Origin: Kiritimatiellia bacterium
GTDB taxonomy: Bacteria > Verrucomicrobiota > Kiritimatiellia > RFP12 > UBA1067
Assembly: GCA_017403825.1 (NCBI GenBank)
Contig: JAFRDO010000016.1
Span: forward strand, 25,814-89,813
DNA length: 64,000 nucleotides
Direction: 5' to 3'
The notes under the pieces: generated by a model
Seen by the model: only the letters and a program-made list of their open reading frames with translations
The model's database searches: none
What the model was told of the DNA's origin: nothing
In this document: positions 54,586 through 63,654 of the stretch, in pieces
How the letters are laid out: every line of letters starts with the position of its first letter
Numbering within the stretch: position 1 is the first letter of the stretch
Translations under genes and position numbers: made by a program

Positions 54586-56673
54586 ATGCACTACAAGATG
54601 CTGAACGTCAAAACGCCGAATAAACCAAGCGGGTGCAAGCTATTGGCTTTCCTGCTGTGCGCAACGACGGGTCTCCTTGCGGCATGGGCGGAGACCATTG
54701 ATGGTACGCCTGACTCCTACATTGATTACATCGAGTCGACCGGGGCGCAGTATATCGATACTGGCGTCAACGCTGAGACCGGCCTCAAGGCGCGTGCCGA
54801 CTTCTCGTGGGGAAGCAAGGTCAATAATTACGACGACTGGGGGTTTCTCGGTGCAAAGGATGGCTATAGCGGCGACAATAGCACGCGCATGCTTATGATT
54901 CATCTCGGTGGCGATAAGCCCTATATCGGCTACGGGCTGAAGAGTCGCGGCTACCCTGGAAATGCAATAAGCGTTACGCGCAATGTGCGCGGTGAAATTC
55001 TTGTTGACTTCTCAGACTACAACGCGCTTCAGATCTATCAGAACGGTTCCAACACGATGACCTCCGCCAATCAGGAGGCCTATGCGGTGCACGGCAATGT
55101 CAATCTCAATCTCAACCTTTACGCATTCGCCTACAACCAGGCGGGCACGGCAGGTGGAAAATGCAAGGCCAAGCTCTACGAGCTGAAGATCATGAAGAAG
55201 AACGCTTCAGGTGGCTTCGACATCCTCCGCCATTATCTGCCGTGCCTCAAGAACGGACGTGCCGCGCTCTACGACAAGGCAAATGGCAAGATATATTTCT
55301 CAGACAGCGGTACGGATTTCTTAGCGGGGTCAGAGTTGCCGCGCCCAGCCGAGATGGTCGAATGGGTGCAGTCGAACAACAAGGATTATAATTGGCTTGA
55401 TACGCTGGTTTATGCAAAGAGCGGCCTTAGAAGCGAGGTCGATTTCATCCACAAGGATGCCAATCAGATTTCTGGCCACACAGACGTTGACCGTTGTGTT
55501 CTTGGTGCGCGTATAACCAACACCGGAGCGATGGCAGCGTCTCGGTTTTATCTGACCTACTTCTATCAAGGGGTGTTTTGCTATGGTTATCGGAATCTTT
55601 ATTATAAAGACGGGGCTAATGTAAACGAAGTGTCTGCGGTAAACGGCAGTCGCTATCTTGTCGAAAGCGATCTCTCCGCCGGCAATCAGTCCGTGACGGT
55701 CAACGGAACGGAACTGCACAAGGATGGCGTTGCGCATGACGAGACTTATTTTGCCACTGGAAACGATCTCTCGCTCTTTGCCATGCATCTAGGGACCGGC
55801 CATACGTGTCATTCTGCCGTGCGCCTCTTCTACGCGAAGATATGGGACGGCGACGAACTGCTGCGAGACTTCGCGCCGTGCGTTGACAGCACTGGCAAGG
55901 CCGGGCTATACGATGGCGTTACGGAGCGCATCTTCTATTTGGGCGAGAATAAGGTTTTCGACCCGACAAACTGCGTGGGAGGGGTCACGAACTGGCTTTT
56001 GCTTGCCGACGGAACGCTTCCCGATGCGAAGATTTCATACATCGAATCCGACGGCACGAACGATTACTTCGATGTGGGCGTGATAGCAAAGGATGGCGTT
56101 GAGATGGAGGCCGTTATGGAGTGGCTGACCGTGCCGAAGGATGGTGCGTTCGTCAGCGCACGTACGGATACGCCTTCAATTATGCGGTTTTTCCCTTATC
56201 ATTACTGGGGCGGGTACCATCGCCTTGGCTATGCGGGAGAAGGCTTTGCGTATGGCGGGGCGGCGACCGCAGGGCAGAAGTACAAGGTCGTGACCCATTA
56301 TGATGCGGGCAACCAAACGGCATCGATAAGCGCGCTTGTCAATGGCGCGTGGAGCGACGTTGGCTCTATCAGCAAGACATTGTCCGGTCCGGTGGACACG
56401 GGGCTTTCGCTTTACCTGTTTGCAAGAAACTACAATAACTCGGCAGACTATCCAGGCCATGCCCGCATGTACAAGCTGAAGTTCAGGGAGAAGCAGCAGG
56501 ACGGCACGTACAAGCTGACGCGTGATTTCGTGCCGGTGATGAAGGACGGCAAGGCGATGCTTTACGACAGGGTGAGTGGAACATTCTTCCGCAACAAGGG
56601 CCGCTACCTTGCGATCGGAGGCGGTTCGGAACGGGAATGGTTCGAGGGCGGCGCAACTATCGTGATTCGCTGA
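54586..56673 (+). CDS. Tandem paralogue: secreted protein with three LamG/ConA-like repeats, ending ...GATIVIR
   Basis: YIESTGAQYIDTGVNAETGLKAR, KIWDGDELLRDF and EKQQDG blocks shared with the upstream gene. Confidence 0.82.
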   Translation: MHYKMLNVKTPNKPSGCKLLAFLLCATTGLLAAWAETIDGTPDSYIDYIESTGAQYIDTGVNAETGLKARADFSWGSKVNNYDDWGFLGAKDGYSGDNSTRMLMIHLGGDKPYIGYGLKSRGYPGNAISVTRNVRGEILVDFSDYNALQIYQNGSNTMTSANQEAYAVHGNVNLNLNLYAFAYNQAGTAGGKCKAKLYELKIMKKNASGGFDILRHYLPCLKNGRAALYDKANGKIYFSDSGTDFLAGSELPRPAEMVEWVQSNNKDYNWLDTLVYAKSGLRSEVDFIHKDANQISGHTDVDRCVLGARITNTGAMAASRFYLTYFYQGVFCYGYRNLYYKDGANVNEVSAVNGSRYLVESDLSAGNQSVTVNGTELHKDGVAHDETYFATGNDLSLFAMHLGTGHTCHSAVRLFYAKIWDGDELLRDFAPCVDSTGKAGLYDGVTERIFYLGENKVFDPTNCVGGVTNWLLLADGTLPDAKISYIESDGTNDYFDVGVIAKDGVEMEAVMEWLTVPKDGAFVSARTDTPSIMRFFPYHYWGGYHRLGYAGEGFAYGGAATAGQKYKVVTHYDAGNQTASISALVNGAWSDVGSISKTLSGPVDTGLSLYLFARNYNNSADYPGHARMYKLKFREKQQDGTYKLTRDFVPVMKDGKAMLYDRVSGTFFRNKGRYLAIGGGSEREWFEGGATIVIR

Positions 56674-56686
56674 CAAAATACGCCGC

Positions 56687-57979
56687 ATGAATGCCATGTT
56701 GCTGCTTTGCGCGCTCCTTGCGGCGAGCGTGGACGTGCGCGAGTACGGCGCCAAGGGCGACGGTGTCACTAAGGACACCAAGTCTATCCAGGCTGCAATC
56801 GATGCCGTCGCGCGCATCGGCGGCGGCACGGTGCGCATCGGCGGCGGCACGTACCTGACGGGCTCCATCTACCTGAAAAGCGGCGTCGACCTGTTCCTTG
56901 ACGGCGACGTGGCGCTGAAGGGGAGTCCTGACAGGGAGGACTACAACGCCGTGGACGTGTGTCCGCAAAACTGGTCGAGCAAGGCGGAGTCCGCCTCGGG
57001 CGCGCATCTGATCCTCTGCATAGAGCAGACGAACGTGACCGTGCGGGGGACGGGGCGCATCGACGGGAACTGTGCGGCGTTCGTGCTTGATCCCGACGGA
57101 CGTCCCTGGCCGGGCGGACAGGGCGGCATTCCGTGGCGGCCGAGCCAGATGCTCTACTTCGTGGAGTGCGACGGCGTGCGCGTGGAAAGCGTTTCGCTCG
57201 TAGATTCTCCGTACTGGTCGTGCTTCTTCCACGGCTGCACGCGGGTGACGGCGCGGAACCTCCGCGTGAGGACCCGGCGCGAGCCGTTCCATACGCACAA
57301 CGGCGACGGAATCGACATAGACTGTTGCGAGGATGTGGAGGTCTCGTGGTGCGACATCAACACTGCGGACGACTCGATCACGCTGCGCGCCGACGTGGCG
57401 CGCCTGAAGCGTCCGCGTCCGTGCGCTCGCGTCCGGGTTTCGGACTGCCGCCTCGCTTCCACCTGCAACGCCGTGCGTGTCGGAGTCGGCGACGGGGAGG
57501 TGCGCGATGCGTCGTTCAGGAACATCGAGATATACGATACGCGAACGGCGGTGGACTTCGTGTCGTCCTGGCGGCGCGGCGGCAGGGGCGTGTCCATGGA
57601 CGGCATTGCGTTCGACGGCATGAAGGTGGAGGCTGTCCTTTTCTGCCGCATCAGCCCCAGCTTTGCGAAGGAGACGCGGATAGGCAACATTCGGTTCGCC
57701 AACGTGACGGGGCGCACCGAATGCGCCTCGTGGATCACGGGCCGCGCTTGCAGTCCGGTCGGAACTGTCGTCTTCAAGAACGTGGACCTGCCGCATGGCG
57801 TGGTATGCCTGAACGCGCCGGACGTGCGCATTGAGGGCGGGCGGTTCGAGCGCAAGGTGCCGTCCGATGGCGAGAAGTCGGCCTATGATCGCGTTATCGC
57901 CGAGAAGGACCGTTTCCCGTGCGTGTTCAGCGGCCCGCTGTACGATTCGATACAGAATCGCCGCACCCGCACCCGTTGA
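56687..57979 (+). CDS. GH28-like (polygalacturonase/pectin-lyase fold) glycoside hydrolase
   Basis: DVREYGAKGDGVTKDT..IQAAID, SPYW, NGDGIDID, ADDSI. Confidence 0.88.
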   Translation: MNAMLLLCALLAASVDVREYGAKGDGVTKDTKSIQAAIDAVARIGGGTVRIGGGTYLTGSIYLKSGVDLFLDGDVALKGSPDREDYNAVDVCPQNWSSKAESASGAHLILCIEQTNVTVRGTGRIDGNCAAFVLDPDGRPWPGGQGGIPWRPSQMLYFVECDGVRVESVSLVDSPYWSCFFHGCTRVTARNLRVRTRREPFHTHNGDGIDIDCCEDVEVSWCDINTADDSITLRADVARLKRPRPCARVRVSDCRLASTCNAVRVGVGDGEVRDASFRNIEIYDTRTAVDFVSSWRRGGRGVSMDGIAFDGMKVEAVLFCRISPSFAKETRIGNIRFANVTGRTECASWITGRACSPVGTVVFKNVDLPHGVVCLNAPDVRIEGGRFERKVPSDGEKSAYDRVIAEKDRFPCVFSGPLYDSIQNRRTRTR

Positions 57980-58052
57980 CTGGATTCAAAGTAATGGGTT
58001 AGTAGGCTGCGGGATTTACTGGTTTGGTCGCAGAGTTCGCAGAATTTGCGTC

Positions 58053-58141
58053 CGATTCCCGATTGTCGTCACCTCCCCGCATAGAACTCGACATTGGCAT
58101 TTCATCAACTTTTCAGTTGTGCGGGGCGACAATCGGAATCG
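58053..58141. repeat. Imperfect intergenic hairpin (~90 nt)
   Basis: cgattcccgattgtcg/cgacaatcggaatcg and ccccgcat/gtgcgggg. Confidence 0.6.
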
Positions 58142-58195
58142 TCCGCGGTTGTTCGCCTATGGCAGTCGGCAGCACGGATTCAAGCGCCATCGGCG

Positions 58196-58225
58196 TTGCA
58201 TTGGCGGGTGAAGATTTGTTATACT
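58196..58225 (+). promoter_or_regulatory. Promoter TTGCAT-18-TATACT (TG-extended)
   Basis: ttgcat-tggcgggtgaagatttgt-tatact, followed by GGAGG and GTG 58255. Confidence 0.65.
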
Positions 58226-58254
58226 GTCCACAACAATGAAATTGGAGGTCTAAC

Positions 58255-61200
58255 GTGACATTGGCTGCAAAACCTTTCGTGTTAACACTCACCTTTGCCT
58301 TGTTGGCTGCAGACGCCGTCGCCGAGACGGTGACCTTGGCCCCGCCGGCGGGCGTCACTACAAACGTCATCGCGCTGTTCACCGGCGACACGGCGGTTGA
58401 GGTCGCCGGTCCCGGAACGGTGAGGCTCAACAACTCCAACCTGCACACTGGTGGTACCACGCTTTCCGGCGGCGCGCTCGTAATCTCCGGCAACATTCCG
58501 GTGGGTGGGCCTTCGCCGGTCGGAACGGGCACGTTCACCGTCTCCGGCGGCACACTGCGCGGCACCGGAACCTTCGGCGGCGACATAATTGGAACGGGCG
58601 ATTTCACAATCGAGGCGCCAAATGGCTTTGTCCTATCGGGAAACAATGCGTTCGGCGGCAAGATCACCATCGCGGATGGCACCCTTGGAATCGCCAGTGG
58701 AACGACTGCGTTCTCGCAGCATCTTTACATGACGGGCACCTCCGCATATTCGCAGACGGGCGGTGCCGTTACGATGGACGCGAACAACGTCCAACTCGCC
58801 TACGGCAACGACGCGGCATCGTCCTTCGCGATGACTGGCGGCACGTTCGACGCCAACGGCAGGAACGTCGTTGTGGGATTCGGCGCGACCGGTGCGTCGG
58901 CGACCATCGACATCTCAGGCGGCGCGGTCTTCCAGAACGCTGGGAACGTCTATTCCTACCAGAACGGTAACTCGCTTACGCTTTCGGTTCGCGACGGCGG
59001 CATATTCGCTGCAAAGCGCATCTATGCGTCAAGTGGTGGTTCGACGGCCGCGATTTCCGTCGCGGACGGCGGCACTCTCGGGTTCACCAACATCTACGCC
59101 AACGCCAGTGGCTCGGCGACGCTCTCCATCAACGGTGGAATTCTGCGCAATGACGGCGCGCCGTCCATTAGTGCCGATTATTACAAGTGGATACAGGACA
59201 GCGCCAACCTTTCCGTTTCCGTGGGGCCGGGAGGCGCAACATTCAAGGATGGCGGGAAGACGACGAAGTTCGCGCAGATCTACAAGGAAATGACAGCCGA
59301 TGTCGGCGACGGCTCTGCGCCGAAAGGCGTCGTCTTCGACGGCGGCAACTGGGCCTACTACGTTGCACAGTCCTACGCCGGACCTACCGTCATCAAGAAC
59401 GGCGCCGCGCTATTCCTTCCGAACAACGGCACGATTCCGTCCGGCTCCGCCGTCACCATTGCGTCGGGTAGCAGGCTTCACATCGGAAACACGGACAAAT
59501 CGGTATCTTCCCTCGTCCTTGGAGAGGGCGCGATCATCGGGACGGGATCGAGTGCGAAGTCGCTCTCTGTCACCGGCAATGTCACGCTTCCTTCGCGCGC
59601 TAAAATCGGGTTCTACAACGCCACATCTCCGACGAGTTCCGCCAAGAACACGAACGGAACCTACGAAATACTGAAGGTTCCCGCCTCTTACGCCGACGAG
59701 CTTCGCGCCGTCTCATGGTCGTGCGCGACTGCGACGAGCGGCAAGTCCTACACGTTCTCGGTGGCGACGAGCGGCGACACGGCGACGCTCTCCATGACAA
59801 TCGCCGCCGCTCCTTCTGGCACGTTCGCCGTTTCCGATGATACGGCGCTTGGCGGAACGCTCACCGTCAGCGGCGACATCACTATCGGCAGCGACGCGAC
59901 GCTTGCCGCTTCGCCCATCAATGGCACGACAACTGGCGGATCTATCACCATCAACAACGGCGGTACGCTCGACGCTTCCGGCGACAACATCCGCCCCGTT
60001 AACGCAAGCGGGAACTCGTTCCACCTTTACCTCAACGAAGGCGGAACGCTTGTCGTAAACCAGATTCATGGCGTCAGTTCCGGCGCGGCCATGAACGAGG
60101 CAACAGGGACGCCCATGTTCCACTTCAACGGCGGTACGATCCAGCCCGTCGCGTTCGAGGACGATGCCGCCAGTGGTCTGCGCTATCTTCTCAACTACCA
60201 GACCGCCCTCGTCGGCGAGAACGGCATGGTTATCGACCTGTCGAACTGGTCGCGTCCCGCCGGATACGACATCTGGGTGCGCAGCACTCTTCAGGGCAAC
60301 GTCAACCACGACCCGAGCTGCGCGGGCACGGACGGCGGCATCACGGTGAAGGCGACGGTCGATGACAGGGCGCTTGTCTGCTTCGGCGGACGATTCAACG
60401 GCTCCACGCTCACGGGCGGCATTCTGGCGGAAGACGGCGCCATCGTCGCCGCAACCACCAGCGGTCTTGAAGGGCAGACCCTCACGCTCCAGCCCGGTTC
60501 GCGCTTCCGTCCCTACAATACAAATGCCATCCAGATTGGCGACCTCACGTTTGGCGAAGCGGGTGCGACGAAGGCGGTGGTCTTCGACTGCTCGAACAGC
60601 ACGACTGGTTACGGCGTAGTCGTCACCGACACGCTCTCCATCCTCTCGCCGGTGAAGTTTTCAGTTACGCCAGGCTGGAGCGTGGATTCCACCCTCTCGT
60701 CCGGTACGTACACCGCGCTCGTCTATCAGGCGTCGTGCAGCGTCGATCCGTCGCTCTTCCGGCTCCCCGCGAACGCACCAGCAGGTGCGACGCTTTCCGC
60801 CGAAGAGGTTGTGCTCGCCGCCGGTGACTATGCCGGCTGCAAGGCTCTCGTCGTCACAATCGCCAACGACATCGTCGTCACGGGCTCTACATCGCATCCC
60901 ACTCCGCTCACTGTCTCTGAGGATGCCGCCGTCGGCAGCATCGTCGTCGGTGGAGCGTGGAACGGCGAGGCCGATCCCGTCTGCGAGACTTCGCTGACGA
61001 TTTCCGGGAACGTCACGGCATCGACGGGGCTTTACCTTGGCTACAATCCCGCGCCGGGCGTGGACAAGGACAACTGGCACAAGGGATTCCTCACGCTGAA
61101 CGGCGGCTCGATCACCACGCCGCTGTTCTATTCAATCTATCGTCCCGGCATGACAGGCAACAACGACTCCGACTGCCGTTTCGGGTGCGAGGCGACCGTG

Positions 61201-62232
61201 AACGGCGGGCTTTTGGATGTTGCGGGCGACGTCCGTCTTGGCTTCAACCGTTCGAGGAACGGCGACAACCTGTATTCGCGCCTCGCGGTGAACGCAGGGC
61301 GCGTCGCTGTCGGCGGCAAGTTCTATCTGCTTTACGATAACACGCAAGGTGCCTTTACGGCTCCCGGCTCCATTGTCCTGAACGGAGGCGAGGTGGACGT
61401 GAAGGGCGTCATCGACATGTCGCGCAATGCACAGAATCCCGGCAACCAGGCCTATAACACAAAGTTCGGCATCTGGCTCAACGGCGGCGTCCTGAAGGCG
61501 GAGAACATCATGATGACCGCCGCCTCGGCCACAACGCCGCAGGTTGTTTTCAACGGCGGCACCTACGCCCCATACGGCGCGGCGGCGGCGAACCGTACGA
61601 TGGAGTACCCGAACAAGGTTTATGTTTCGACGAATGGCGCGGTGATTTCCACGGCGAACATGCCCGCCGGAGCGACGTACACGATTGCGCAGAACCTCCT
61701 AACCGATCCGGTGCTTGGCGGCACCGCCGACGGCGGCCTCACGAAGCGCGGCGCGGGAACCCTTTCCCTGACAGGCGCAAACACCTTCACCGGCCAGACG
61801 GTTGTCGAGGAAGGCACGCTTGTCGTCGGAAGCGTCGCTGCGCTCTCCGCGTCCGTTGCCGTGGCCAACGGCGCGGTGCTGGACGCCTCGGGCGCGGACC
61901 TGTCGCTCGCTGAAGTTGCGGCGAGCGGCGCTGTCGTAGCCGATTCGGTCGCCGTGTCTGGCACCTTGAAGCTCTCGGGCATCGGCTCGGTACTGTCGGT
62001 TTGCGGCAACGTGAGCATTCCCCGGCGTGCGGCGATCGACTTCGGACTCGCGGCCGGAGCAACGCCCGATTACGACTGGTGCCCGGTCCTTGCGGCATCT
62101 GGAACGATAGTCGCATCCCCGATTGTCCATGCGACGAACTGCGGCGCGTTCAACCGGTGCGAGACTGCGGTGCGGGACGGCGTCCTGTACGTGCGGCCGA
62201 CGTCGGTAGGCGTGATGATACTCATCAAATGA
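58255..62232 (+). CDS. Large secreted beta-helix protein with autotransporter-associated beta-strand repeats, no beta-barrel, ending ...GVMILIK
   Basis: Signal peptide, GPGTVRLNNSNLHTGGTTLSGGAL, GGLTKRGAGTLSLTGANTFTGQTVVEEGTL; no terminal aromatic beta-signal. Confidence 0.85.
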   Translation: MTLAAKPFVLTLTFALLAADAVAETVTLAPPAGVTTNVIALFTGDTAVEVAGPGTVRLNNSNLHTGGTTLSGGALVISGNIPVGGPSPVGTGTFTVSGGTLRGTGTFGGDIIGTGDFTIEAPNGFVLSGNNAFGGKITIADGTLGIASGTTAFSQHLYMTGTSAYSQTGGAVTMDANNVQLAYGNDAASSFAMTGGTFDANGRNVVVGFGATGASATIDISGGAVFQNAGNVYSYQNGNSLTLSVRDGGIFAAKRIYASSGGSTAAISVADGGTLGFTNIYANASGSATLSINGGILRNDGAPSISADYYKWIQDSANLSVSVGPGGATFKDGGKTTKFAQIYKEMTADVGDGSAPKGVVFDGGNWAYYVAQSYAGPTVIKNGAALFLPNNGTIPSGSAVTIASGSRLHIGNTDKSVSSLVLGEGAIIGTGSSAKSLSVTGNVTLPSRAKIGFYNATSPTSSAKNTNGTYEILKVPASYADELRAVSWSCATATSGKSYTFSVATSGDTATLSMTIAAAPSGTFAVSDDTALGGTLTVSGDITIGSDATLAASPINGTTTGGSITINNGGTLDASGDNIRPVNASGNSFHLYLNEGGTLVVNQIHGVSSGAAMNEATGTPMFHFNGGTIQPVAFEDDAASGLRYLLNYQTALVGENGMVIDLSNWSRPAGYDIWVRSTLQGNVNHDPSCAGTDGGITVKATVDDRALVCFGGRFNGSTLTGGILAEDGAIVAATTSGLEGQTLTLQPGSRFRPYNTNAIQIGDLTFGEAGATKAVVFDCSNSTTGYGVVVTDTLSILSPVKFSVTPGWSVDSTLSSGTYTALVYQASCSVDPSLFRLPANAPAGATLSAEEVVLAAGDYAGCKALVVTIANDIVVTGSTSHPTPLTVSEDAAVGSIVVGGAWNGEADPVCETSLTISGNVTASTGLYLGYNPAPGVDKDNWHKGFLTLNGGSITTPLFYSIYRPGMTGNNDSDCRFGCEATVNGGLLDVAGDVRLGFNRSRNGDNLYSRLAVNAGRVAVGGKFYLLYDNTQGAFTAPGSIVLNGGEVDVKGVIDMSRNAQNPGNQAYNTKFGIWLNGGVLKAENIMMTAASATTPQVVFNGGTYAPYGAAAANRTMEYPNKVYVSTNGAVISTANMPAGATYTIAQNLLTDPVLGGTADGGLTKRGAGTLSLTGANTFTGQTVVEEGTLVVGSVAALSASVAVANGAVLDASGADLSLAEVAASGAVVADSVAVSGTLKLSGIGSVLSVCGNVSIPRRAAIDFGLAAGATPDYDWCPVLAASGTIVASPIVHATNCGAFNRCETAVRDGVLYVRPTSVGVMILIK

Positions 62233-62277
62233 CCGCGTCGCCAGGGGCCGGAAGGGACGTCATTCTGACACGATTTA

Positions 62278-62286
62278 TGGTATAAT
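62278..62286 (+). promoter_or_regulatory. Extended -10 (TGG-TATAAT), ATG 6 nt downstream (leaderless)
   Basis: atggTATAATactgacATG. Confidence 0.75.
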
Positions 62287-62292
62287 ACTGAC

Positions 62293-62736
62293 ATGAGCGG
62301 TTGTGCATGGATGTGGATGTACTTCGGCGCGTTCCTGATGCTTCTGGAGCTTCTCGCGCCGGGGTTTGTGATTTTCTTCTTCGGGCTCTCGGCTGCTACC
62401 GTGGGCCTGTGCCGGTTCGCCTTTGGCGAGGCGTTCTCCTTCACCTGGCAGTTGGCGGCGTTCTCGGCTTTCTCCATCGTCTACCTGCTGGTCCTTCGCC
62501 GCTGGCTCCGCAACACGTTCCTGGGCGGCAAGGTTGAGGCGAAGACCGACTTCGACAACGAGTACGTGGGCCGTGTCGGCAAGGTGACGGAGCCGATTTC
62601 GCCGCCACTCGCCGGGCGGGTCGTGATCGGCGACGCCGAGTGGACGGCCTCGGCGGACGAGCCCGTCGCGGCGGGGGCGACGGTAGAGGTGATTTCACAA
62701 AACAACCTTACAATGAAGGTAAAGGAGGTAAAGTAA
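62293..62736 (+). CDS. NfeD-family membrane protein
   Basis: LELLAPGF, 3 TMs, OB-fold tail GRVVIGDAEWTA; TAATG coupling to the SPFH gene. Confidence 0.88.
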   Translation: MSGCAWMWMYFGAFLMLLELLAPGFVIFFFGLSAATVGLCRFAFGEAFSFTWQLAAFSAFSIVYLLVLRRWLRNTFLGGKVEAKTDFDNEYVGRVGKVTEPISPPLAGRVVIGDAEWTASADEPVAAGATVEVISQNNLTMKVKEVK

Positions 62737-63653
62737 TGAGCGGAGGTCTCGTGTTCTTCGCGATCGTGGCGATGATCGTCTTGATCGCAATCTTAAAGAC
62801 GGCGGTCATTGTGCCGCAGAAGACGGCATACATCGTGGAGCGGCTTGGCAAGTACCGCTGCACGCTGGACGCCGGCTTCCACATACTGATACCGTTCTTT
62901 GACCACATCGCCTACAAGCACACGCTGAAGGAGCAGGCGATAGACGTGCCGCCGCAAGAATGCATTACCAAGGACAACATAGCCGTCTCCGTTGACGGCA
63001 TCCTCTACATGCAGGTGATGGACGCGGCGAAGGCTAGCTACGGCATCGGGAACTACCTTTTCGCGACGACCCAGCTCGCCCAGACCACGATGCGTTCCGA
63101 GATGGGCAAGCTCGACCTCGACCGCAGCTTCGAGGAGCGCACCGCCATCAACCAGGCGATCGTGTCGGCCGTGGACAAGGCGAGCGACCCGTGGGGCATC
63201 AAGGTGACGCGCTACGAGATCAAGAACATCACGCCGCCGCAGTCGATCCGTGATGCGATGGAGAAGCAGATGCGTGCAGAGCGCGAAAAGCGCGCGATGA
63301 TTGCTGAATCCGAAGGCGAGCGCCAGGCGAAGATCAACCGCGCCGAGGGCGAGCGTCAGCAGGCTGTGGCCCTTTCCGAGGGCGAGCGCCAGCGCAAGAT
63401 CAACGAGGCCGAGGGCCGCGCCAAGGAGATCCTGCTCGTTGCCGAGGCCCAGGCCGCCGGCATACGCAAGGTCGCGGAGGCGCTCGGGGAGAAGGGCGGC
63501 CTGGAGTCCGTCAACATGCAGCTCGCCCAGCAGTACCTCGCCCAGTTCGGCAATCTCGCGAAGGCGAACAACACGATGATAATCCCGTCCGACCTGGCGA
63601 ACGTAGCCGGCATCATCAAGGCCTGCACTTCAATCGTCAGGGAGGCGCATTGA
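62736..63653 (+). CDS. SPFH/stomatin-like (paraslipin/QmcA) protein
   Basis: VERLGKY, ITKDN..VDG, LAQTTMRSE.G, WGIKVTRYEI, QMRAEREKRA. Confidence 0.93.
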   Translation: MSGGLVFFAIVAMIVLIAILKTAVIVPQKTAYIVERLGKYRCTLDAGFHILIPFFDHIAYKHTLKEQAIDVPPQECITKDNIAVSVDGILYMQVMDAAKASYGIGNYLFATTQLAQTTMRSEMGKLDLDRSFEERTAINQAIVSAVDKASDPWGIKVTRYEIKNITPPQSIRDAMEKQMRAEREKRAMIAESEGERQAKINRAEGERQQAVALSEGERQRKINEAEGRAKEILLVAEAQAAGIRKVAEALGEKGGLESVNMQLAQQYLAQFGNLAKANNTMIIPSDLANVAGIIKACTSIVREAH

Positions 63654-63654
63654 G

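Noticed and set aside
52425-56673. Prophage tail genes (the YIDTG domain recalls phage-associated proteins)
   Set aside because: Both have Sec signal peptides, and no phage structural, integrase or lysis genes are nearby
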